Part shown: positions 57,256 to 64,000 of the stretch, one piece after another
Layout: every line of letters begins with the position of its first letter
Position numbering within the stretch: the first letter of the stretch is position 1
From: an uncultured Candidatus Saccharibacteria bacterium
GTDB taxonomy: Bacteria; Patescibacteriota; Minisyncoccia; Phycocordibacterales; UBA9973
Reading direction: 5' to 3'
Length of the DNA stretch: 64,000 bases
Assembly (NCBI GenBank): GCA_964426555.1
Contig: CAYRQJ010000004.1
Span: 19,109-83,108, forward strand
Position numbers and translations under genes: made by a program
Notes under the pieces: model-generated
What the model saw: the letters and a program-made list of their open reading frames with translations, nothing else
Database searches by the model: none
Told to the model about the DNA's origin: nothing

Positions 57256-57289
57256 ACTAAAGAGCGCGCCCATGGGCGCGCTCTTTAGT
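57256..57289. terminator. long perfect palindrome ACTAAAGAGCGCGCCCATGGGCGCGCTCTTTAGT downstream of secF
   Basis: 15-bp perfect stem; weak U-tract, so terminator function is probable but not certain. Confidence 0.5.
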
Positions 57290-57303
57290 AATTGCAGCTT
57301 ATT

Positions 57304-58218
57304 TTACTTCTTCTTATTTAATTTTTTCTTTTCAGAATATTCATGCATCATCACAAGTACTGGTGAAGCCAAGAATATTGAAGAATATGTCCCAAAGAAC
57401 ATTCCAGCAGTTAGCATTATAGCTAATAGTCTTGTAGCTTGTGGACCCCATATAGCAAGTGCTACTAACGCTAATATAACAACAAGAGATGTCATAATTG
57501 AGCGATGGTAAACTTCAGAGATACTTTTACCAACAACTTCTGAGAAAGGTGCATTTGTTTTATTTGTATTTAAATTCTCACGAATTCTATCAAACACAAC
57601 AATAGTATCTGAAACTGAAAGCCCTAGAATTGTTAATATTGAAACAACAAACAATGTATCTACTTCTACGTTGTAAATTTTAGAAACAATTACAAATACT
57701 CCTACTGGAATTAATACATCGTGTAGTAATGTGATTATTGCAGTAACACCATATTTCCAAGATTTTACAGGATAAGACACTTTTCTAAAAGAAAATGCAA
57801 TAAACAATACAATTCCCAAAGATACAAGAATAATTGAAGTTATAGATTTGCGTACCAATTCTTTTCCAACTGATGGACCAATTGTAGTATAACCACGAAC
57901 TTCCATACCAGTAAATTTTGCATTAATTTGATTTGTTATATTTTCTCTTTCTGCAGGAGTAACTTCACGCATTTTTAAAATATAACCATCAGCTCCATAT
58001 GGCTGAACATGGATTTCATTTGCTGTATCCCCCGCCAAAAATGCAGTTACATCTTCTACTGCTGGTTTCGCTCCATTAGCCCATCCAATTTCTATAGACG
58101 TACCGCCTTTGAAATCAATACCAGCCTTAAAACCAAAAACAATAACGCTGGTAATTGCTAATACAGTTAATATAGCCGAAATTAATACAAAGATTTTTTT
58201 GTGTTTAATTATATACAT
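57304..58218 (-). CDS. secF: protein-export membrane protein SecF
   Basis: Six-TM SecF architecture, conserved periplasmic loop and C-terminal RND-like helices. Confidence 0.9.
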   Translation of the reverse strand: MYIIKHKKIFVLISAILTVLAITSVIVFGFKAGIDFKGGTSIEIGWANGAKPAVEDVTAFLAGDTANEIHVQPYGADGYILKMREVTPAERENITNQINAKFTGMEVRGYTTIGPSVGKELVRKSITSIILVSLGIVLFIAFSFRKVSYPVKSWKYGVTAIITLLHDVLIPVGVFVIVSKIYNVEVDTLFVVSILTILGLSVSDTIVVFDRIRENLNTNKTNAPFSEVVGKSISEVYHRSIMTSLVVILALVALAIWGPQATRLLAIMLTAGMFFGTYSSIFLASPVLVMMHEYSEKKKLNKKK

Positions 58219-58223
58219 AAAGA

Positions 58224-59591
58224 TTAAATTTTTGTCTTAGCATTTCTAAATCCTGAACCAAAGATAAATTGTGCAAATTTACCTTCGCGTCCTAACGGCA
58301 TAGCGCGGAAGAATGCTTTACTAATAATATAAGACACAAGTAATGAAACTAATGTTCCCAAGAAAAATGTAAACGCAAAAGATTTAATCAAAGTAGTACC
58401 TGCAGAATAAAGAATAAATCCTGTGATAAGTGACGAGAAGTTTGAATCACGAACTGAACTCCATGCTCGTGCAAAACCAGCATTTAAACCGTCACGTATA
58501 GTACCACCATGACGAATTTCTTCTTTCATTCGCTCAAACACAAGAATGTTTGAATCCACTGCAATACCCAAAGATATAATAAACCCAGCAATACCAGCAG
58601 CGGTTAGTGTAACTGGCCAAAGCTTGAAAACAAATAGCATTATTGCAGTATAAATTGCTAAATTTAGTACTGCTATTACTCCTGAAAAACGGTACCACAG
58701 TATCATACACAGTGCGATAAGCAGGAATCCAATTGCCCCAGCTTTTACCCCAGCATTTGTTGCTGCTGTTCCCAGTGTTGCCCCAATGTTATTTGTAGAA
58801 ACAAGTTCTATTGGTACAGGTAATGCTCCTGAATTTAGTCGGCGTGCTAAGTCTTGTGCTTCTTTTACTGTAAAGCCTCCACTAATTACGGCTTGTCCAC
58901 CAGTAATTTCTTCATTCACTGTTGGAGCTGAAATAATACTTCCGTCTAAATAAATTGCAATAGTTTTACCAATACTTGCTTTTGTTATATCGGCAAATAA
59001 TTTTGAGCCTTCATCATTCCAAGTAATAGAAATAGTAGGTCTTCCAGTAGTACTGTCAAAGACTACTTCTGCGCGTTTTAAGAATCGGCCATCAAGTCCT
59101 GAAGATGTATATTGATCAATACTGCCTAAATCCAACTGCCCATCAGCTCCAACTTTTACTTCAATAGGAGCATCTTTGTTTCTTTCAACTTTAAATTCAA
59201 GAATTGGAGTTTGACCAATCAATGCTACAGCTTGAGCAACGTCTGTTACTCCGGGTAATTCAATAGCTAATCTTTCTTCATTACCATTTGCAAAAGACCC
59301 AGCTTCTGTGCGAACAACTGCTTCGGAAACTCCAAAGGCATTTACACGACGTTCAATAATTTCACGTAGTGATGTCATTGCATTACCAACATCAGTTGCT
59401 GGAATTTTTGAAACATCAGCTTTGTAAACTAGTTGTGTCCCACCTGAAAGATCCAAGCCCAGTTTAAATGGCTTGTTCATAAATCCAGTATGAGTTTGAC
59501 CGGACAATTTTGGTTCACTAGCGTAAATAAAATATCCAATTCCTACTGCCAAAACCAGTAGTAGTAGCGCGGCGATTCTTTTCTTGATCAT
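58224..59591 (-). CDS. secD: protein-export membrane protein SecD
   Basis: SecD periplasmic P1 domain then 5 C-terminal TM with conserved LNLAIYTAIMLF/GFILYSAGT blocks. Confidence 0.9.
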   Translation of the reverse strand: MIKKRIAALLLLVLAVGIGYFIYASEPKLSGQTHTGFMNKPFKLGLDLSGGTQLVYKADVSKIPATDVGNAMTSLREIIERRVNAFGVSEAVVRTEAGSFANGNEERLAIELPGVTDVAQAVALIGQTPILEFKVERNKDAPIEVKVGADGQLDLGSIDQYTSSGLDGRFLKRAEVVFDSTTGRPTISITWNDEGSKLFADITKASIGKTIAIYLDGSIISAPTVNEEITGGQAVISGGFTVKEAQDLARRLNSGALPVPIELVSTNNIGATLGTAATNAGVKAGAIGFLLIALCMILWYRFSGVIAVLNLAIYTAIMLFVFKLWPVTLTAAGIAGFIISLGIAVDSNILVFERMKEEIRHGGTIRDGLNAGFARAWSSVRDSNFSSLITGFILYSAGTTLIKSFAFTFFLGTLVSLLVSYIISKAFFRAMPLGREGKFAQFIFGSGFRNAKTKI

Positions 59592-59742
59592 AGAAATAAT
59601 ACCTGTATATAACGAAAACTATCTAATAACTACAAAACTATATCATAAAATATGGCTTAAATCTACCTTGTTTGAGTTATATATAAACTTGCTTTTTATT
59701 TTAATCTATGGTATAATACTACTTAATAAATAACCCAAACAA

Positions 59743-60192
59743 ATGAAAAAAATTATATTTGTGCTTTTAATAGCACTCAACGGAAGCGCAGTATTTGCGC
59801 AAAAAAATGAAACCAGTATTTCAGCTGGTTTCACGTTAGCTCCACAAGCAGCATTTAACCCTAATGCCCCATCTGATGGATTCAAATATTTAGTTAATCT
59901 GTTCCCGCAGGTAACTATTGCTAAAGGGAAAATGTTTGCTGTTGGATTTTATTCAATAGCTTTTAATAACTTTGGAGCTGCCATTGGAATAAACCCAACT
60001 CCTAAACTTACTAGCTATTTAGTTGGCTTTAAATCAACAATGACTAGCAATAATTACTTGGGTGCTGGAATTGGTACCCCTTTAGCAAGTGGTCGGGCAA
60101 CCGGATTCATAGAATTTGGATCCAGTATGAAAAACTGGACGCCAGCATTCTATATCGGTATGTTTATACCGTTTACCGTAAAGCTACGATAG
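59743..60192 (+). CDS. small secreted protein with alternating-hydrophobic (beta-strand-like) pattern
   Basis: Signal peptide MKKIIFVLLIALNGSAVFAQ; 149 aa. Confidence 0.5.
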   Translation: MKKIIFVLLIALNGSAVFAQKNETSISAGFTLAPQAAFNPNAPSDGFKYLVNLFPQVTIAKGKMFAVGFYSIAFNNFGAAIGINPTPKLTSYLVGFKSTMTSNNYLGAGIGTPLASGRATGFIEFGSSMKNWTPAFYIGMFIPFTVKLR

Positions 60193-60218
60193 CTAAAAAA
60201 TTCACACATCTAGCAGGA

Positions 60219-60791
60219 TTAATCATCCTGCTTTTTTCTTTGTAAAAATTTGTCTTCCAGCCTTAATAATACATGTGATACTGTAATACCGACTATAATT
60301 CCCGCAACAATATCTACTGGAAAATGAACACCAGCAATAATTCGTGCCAGCATTATACAAATAGATGCATAAATTATTGGCATAGCTCGTTTACCACGCA
60401 TGCGATACATTACATAAGATAATGCAGCAAACATTGTAGCGTGGCCAGATGGCATAGAATCCATTCCCCTATGGATAAACAATGGCTGTAAATTTTCATA
60501 TACCAAAAATGGTCTTGGTGCTCCAATAATACCTTTTAAAAATTCGGTAATACCCCACGCAATAACAATTATTATAAATATCCGAATTAATTCATGAATT
60601 ACTTTTTTTACTTGGTACAGAATGCGAAGCCCTGGATAATCTTTATTCATTCGAGAAAGTATTAAAATAACTGCAAAAATTATTACTACGTATTGCAAAT
60701 ACTGTGCGCAAAATATAACAATAGCATCAAAAACTGGGTCTCTCCAAGCTAATGAATGTAATAAATTAAAAATATAACTATTTATTCCCAT
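60219..60791 (-). CDS. PAP2-family lipid phosphatase (undecaprenyl-diphosphatase-like)
   Basis: PAP2 motifs KGIIGAPRP, PSGH, ARIIAGVHFPVD. Confidence 0.8.
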   Translation of the reverse strand: MGINSYIFNLLHSLAWRDPVFDAIVIFCAQYLQYVVIIFAVILILSRMNKDYPGLRILYQVKKVIHELIRIFIIIVIAWGITEFLKGIIGAPRPFLVYENLQPLFIHRGMDSMPSGHATMFAALSYVMYRMRGKRAMPIIYASICIMLARIIAGVHFPVDIVAGIIVGITVSHVLLRLEDKFLQRKKQDD

Positions 60792-60792
60792 A

Positions 60793-61638
60793 TTATTTTT
60801 TGTTTTTAGCTACTAATACTACATTATTCATCAAACATGCCACAGTTACGGGTCCAACACCACCCGGGGTTGGGGTTATAAAGCTACATTTATCTTTCAA
60901 ACTTTCAAAATCAGCGTCCCCTACTAATTCTCCACTAACTTCCAGTGTTCCAGCATCTATTACTATTACCCCATCGCGCACGTCTTCTCCCTGTAATATA
61001 TTAGGACTACCTACTGCGGTTATTACAACATCAGCTTTATTTAGAATTTCTTTTTTTCTAGCATCATCAGTTTTTCGGTCAATAATATTTACAACAGCAT
61101 TTGTTTGTTTTAACAAATGTACTATTGGTTTACCCACTAATTTACCATGTCCAATTATGGCAATATTTTTATTTTCTAAATCAGGCAAAACAAAATTTAA
61201 TATTTTCAATACAGCGTTGGCTGTGGGCATTATTAATGTATCTGTACTATTTTTATTTTCATAAAAAACTTCATCATATTTAGTAGATAACCCATCCACA
61301 TCTAAATGAACTGGGATAGAATCTAATACTGCTTTGGTATCAATACCATCTGGCAATGGTAATTGTACAATTATCCCACACATATTGGGACGTAAAGATA
61401 TTTCATGAATTTTAGAAATTATTTCGTTTGTTGTAATATCTTCATTTAAATTTGCATCAACAAATTCTATACCAATATCACCCGCAATACGTTTTTTCAT
61501 ATTTACATAGCGCACTGACGGGCCATCTTGCCCAACTAAAATATCAGAAAATTCAGGAGTAAAATCTAAACTAGCGATTTGTTTTTTTAAATCACCTAAT
61601 AATTCTTTACTAAATTCACGCCCATTAAATACCACCAT
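60793..61638 (-). CDS. folD: bifunctional methylenetetrahydrofolate dehydrogenase/cyclohydrolase
   Basis: PGGVGPVTVACLMNNVV, GHGKLVGKP, VDRKT motifs. Confidence 0.9.
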   Translation of the reverse strand: MVVFNGREFSKELLGDLKKQIASLDFTPEFSDILVGQDGPSVRYVNMKKRIAGDIGIEFVDANLNEDITTNEIISKIHEISLRPNMCGIIVQLPLPDGIDTKAVLDSIPVHLDVDGLSTKYDEVFYENKNSTDTLIMPTANAVLKILNFVLPDLENKNIAIIGHGKLVGKPIVHLLKQTNAVVNIIDRKTDDARKKEILNKADVVITAVGSPNILQGEDVRDGVIVIDAGTLEVSGELVGDADFESLKDKCSFITPTPGGVGPVTVACLMNNVVLVAKNKK

Positions 61639-62782
61639 ATTCTTTATCTACTCCTAAAAATTCTTTATTAATATCGTCCCGATGAAATGATCTTCCATAT
61701 TTGCGCATTGCTTGCAGTATCCCAAGACCAAGAAATGCTGAAACCAGGTGCGACCCACCATAACTCATAAATGGCAATGTAATACCCGTCACAGGCATTA
61801 CGCCCATATTCATACCTATATTTATAACAATATGACTAAAGAATAACAATGCCATTCCAATACCAAAAAGCATTTCAAAATTGCTAGCTCCATACATTGC
61901 TGTCATTAAAATTCGCGTAATTACAATGGTATATAAAATTAATAAGATTACCACCCCAACAAAACCCCATTCTTCTGCAAAGGCTGCAAAAATAAAGTCA
62001 GTCTCATATTCTGGCAAGAATTGTAAACGTGACTGTGTACCAAAACCAAGACCTTTACCAAATGCCTGGCCTGAACCAACAGCAATTGTTGATTGCAAAA
62101 CATTATAACCCGAACCATGAATATCACTTAATGGATTTAAAAATGTATTAATTCTTTTCTTTTGATAATCTTCAAATACAAAGATATACAAACTGGAAAA
62201 CAATATAACCCCAATTACACTAAGAACAATAAGATGTTTTCGAGAAAGTCCTGATGCCATAACCATTCCAAACCATACAACTATCAATATCATCGCTGAA
62301 CCAAAGTCTGGTTGAAAAAATACAAGTAGAAATGGTAGTAGCATATACATTCCAGATACTATAATATGTCTAAAGTTTGCTATTTCAATATGTCTACGTG
62401 AAAAATATTTGGCTAAAATTAAAATCAGAATAATCTTCATTAAATCAACTGGCTGAAATGCAAAATTACCTAATTTAAACCATGATTGTGCCCCATTAGA
62501 AAGATGCCCTACAGCAAAAAGCATTATTAATAAAAATAAACAAATTGTATATATACTTAGAACAGCCCTGGATTTTCTTAAAAATCTTGGGTCAATACTA
62601 CTGGCTAAAAAGAATACAAACAAAGAAATAATTATAGAAATTAACTGTTTATGGAAAAACACATCACTGCCTGATAATGGCCACAATGCTCCAAGTGATG
62701 CTAATAGTATTGGAATAATTGCCAGTAAAAGTACCCAATCTATATTTTTAAATACAGATAGAAAGGATTTATTATTTGACAT
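61625..62782 (-). CDS. rodA: SEDS-family peptidoglycan glycosyltransferase (RodA/FtsW)
   Basis: 10-TM SEDS architecture, QPDFGSAM, LPEYETDFIFAAFAEEWGFVG motifs. Confidence 0.85.
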   Translation of the reverse strand: MSNNKSFLSVFKNIDWVLLLAIIPILLASLGALWPLSGSDVFFHKQLISIIISLFVFFLASSIDPRFLRKSRAVLSIYTICLFLLIMLFAVGHLSNGAQSWFKLGNFAFQPVDLMKIILILILAKYFSRRHIEIANFRHIIVSGMYMLLPFLLVFFQPDFGSAMILIVVWFGMVMASGLSRKHLIVLSVIGVILFSSLYIFVFEDYQKKRINTFLNPLSDIHGSGYNVLQSTIAVGSGQAFGKGLGFGTQSRLQFLPEYETDFIFAAFAEEWGFVGVVILLILYTIVITRILMTAMYGASNFEMLFGIGMALLFFSHIVINIGMNMGVMPVTGITLPFMSYGGSHLVSAFLGLGILQAMRKYGRSFHRDDINKEFLGVDKEYGGI

Positions 62783-63548
62783 AAGTAAAAGGATTGATTC
62801 TCTTTATTAGCTCGTATCTTTTAGGTGTAGATTTAAATTCATAAGGCCAAGAAAAAAATAGTTCTTCTGAGCTTTTAGATTCCACACTAGCTACAGTTTT
62901 ACTAACTGCAATTGGTTCATCTTTTTCGTCATATACAATTACAATATAATCGGACAGAGGAATTTGTTTTAAAGAATTATTAGTTATATTTACTTTTAAT
63001 CTTTCTGCTCCTAATATAGTTGTTCTATCCCAAAGAGAAACTTCAATTGGTAGTGTGTTTATATTTATATTTGTTTTTTCAAAATAGATTTGGTTTTCAT
63101 CCCAGCTAAATCTTGCGCGTACTGGTACACGGGCCCCGGTACGAACTCCAGATTCAAATACAGCAAATTCACTGGCTGGTGGTATAAATGTACTACCCCG
63201 AACTTCGCTAATTATTTTTCCATCTTGATTATATAATGTAAATTTATAACCTGCATTTTTAGATCCAGCTCCGGATTCTGTAGAAGTAAGCTTGGCAACA
63301 ACATTATAGACATCTTCCGCTACTGGATATACTGCTGCAAAATCTACCTGAGGCAATGCTACAGTTTTTGGACAATATAATCTGCATTGACCGCCACAGT
63401 CTACTCCGGTTTCGGTACCATTTTGTTTTTTATCACTACAAGTTGGTTTTTTAAAAATTACAGGATAAAAAATTACAAACAAAAAAACACAAATGAGTAT
63501 AAAAAAAATACCCAAATAACTCCCCTGTCTTCTTGTTCGCCATGACAT
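62772..63548 (-). CDS. hypothetical membrane-anchored extracytoplasmic protein (258 aa)
   Basis: N-terminal TM (LGIFFILICVFLFVIFYPVIF), Cys-rich segment, no known motif; overlaps rodA start by 11 nt. Confidence 0.5.
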   Translation of the reverse strand: MSWRTRRQGSYLGIFFILICVFLFVIFYPVIFKKPTCSDKKQNGTETGVDCGGQCRLYCPKTVALPQVDFAAVYPVAEDVYNVVAKLTSTESGAGSKNAGYKFTLYNQDGKIISEVRGSTFIPPASEFAVFESGVRTGARVPVRARFSWDENQIYFEKTNININTLPIEVSLWDRTTILGAERLKVNITNNSLKQIPLSDYIVIVYDEKDEPIAVSKTVASVESKSSEELFFSWPYEFKSTPKRYELIKRINPFTYVK

Positions 63549-63646
63549 ATATTTTTAGTATAACATATAAAAATATAGCAAAAAAGACATTTAACCAATT
63601 GGTTAAATGTCTTTTTTTACTTTCAACTTTACATAAAGTTCATGTC

Positions 63647-63764
63647 TCTGTTCTCCCGACTACCTACTTTCCCAATTAATAGTATCATCGGCACTACAAT
63701 GTTTCACTGCTCTGTTCGGAATGGGAAGAGGTGGTTCCACTGCGTCAAATCAGGAGAACGGAAA
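63647..63764 (-). rRNA. rrf: 5S ribosomal RNA
   Basis: Minus strand reads ...GTGGAACCACCTCTTCCCATTCCGAACAGAGCAGTGAAAC...GGGAAAGTAGGTAGTCGGGAGAAC, matching conserved 5S helices/loops. Confidence 0.85.
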
Positions 63765-63887
63765 CCTGAACACCTACATAGAGAATGCAAATTGGCGTTA
63801 TTGTAAACGAGTTCCAAGAAAAAATATAAAACAAACAATATGGTGGTAGCAGAATAAATTCTGCTACCGAAAGTGATCTATATAGTT

Positions 63888-64000
63888 CCTGATAAGATGG
63901 GGTCATTAGTACGCCTTGGCTAAACACAATACTGTGCGTACACCTAGCGCCTATCAACGAAATCATCTCTTACGTCCCTCGTAACGATTTATTATCTTGG
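63888..64000 (-). rRNA. rrl: 23S ribosomal RNA, 3'-terminal about 110 nt (continues beyond window end)
   Basis: Minus strand ...CGTTGATAGGCGCTAGGTGTACGCACAGTATTGTGTTTAGCCAAGGCGTACTAATGACCCCATCTTATCAGG matches 23S domain VI 3' end (GTTGATAGGC...GTGTAAGCGCAG...GGTACTAATGAACCG). Confidence 0.8.

Noticed and set aside
63745-63966. 73-aa minus-strand ORF at the window end
   Set aside because: Falls inside the 23S-5S rRNA region (5S and 23S 3' end identified by conserved sequence); an rRNA shadow ORF.

Overview
Low-GC (about 35-38%) bacterial chromosomal segment with a streamlined, minus-strand-dominated core gene set. Short RpoB/RpoC, N-terminally trimmed PheS/PheT/ThrS and a linked 23S-5S rRNA fit a Candidate Phyla Radiation (Patescibacteria)-like organism; this is an inference from gene content, not a database result. 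The standard genetic code is in use, since long ORFs are intact.

Core genes recognised by motif:
- tRNA-Thr(UGU), 5' 50 nt at the window start
- thioredoxin-like protein, processive GT2 glycosyltransferase, DsbA-like protein
- rpoD, dnaG, rpoC, rpoB in one co-directional block
- trmD, khpA-like KH protein, rpsP
- RNase R
- SMC (short, 764 aa), rnc, a NusB-Nudix fusion, rpmF
- thrS, pyk, gyrB, pheT, pheS
- a UvrD-like helicase fused to a RecB/Cas4-type nuclease
- sortase plus an adjacent xPNTG-anchored surface protein, tRNA-Ser(GGA), htpX, lemA, secF, secD, PAP2 phosphatase, folD, rodA/ftsW
- 5S rRNA and the 3' end of 23S rRNA at the window end

Features that look non-standard:
1. A family of three ~117-bp elements with 12-bp perfect terminal inverted repeats (TCCCGTTAGAAG / CTTCTAACGGGA). 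In every copy the inner repeat ends in the A of a start codon: thioredoxin-like gene, rnr and gyrB.
2. Two tandem giant paralogous genes (1310 and 1927 aa). They share an identical N-terminal signal-anchor, highly repetitive NTA[VI]G-type beta-helix/fibre repeats, and a C-terminal phage-tail-fibre-type intramolecular chaperone (Peptidase_S74-like, SDxRLK motif) followed by a Pro/Thr-rich tail. Each is preceded by a duplicated terminator/extended -10 promoter module, and the locus is flanked by ~390-bp near-identical direct repeats.
3. A plus-strand four-gene operon of unknown function (4-TM coiled-coil protein, lipoprotein, small cytoplasmic protein, lipoprotein with a C-terminal transglutaminase-like Cys-His-Asp core), embedded in minus-strand housekeeping genes.
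4. A 1071-aa glycine-zipper membrane protein with tandem 45-aa C-terminal repeats and a small upstream partner.

No CRISPR array, integrase or transposase gene was seen.
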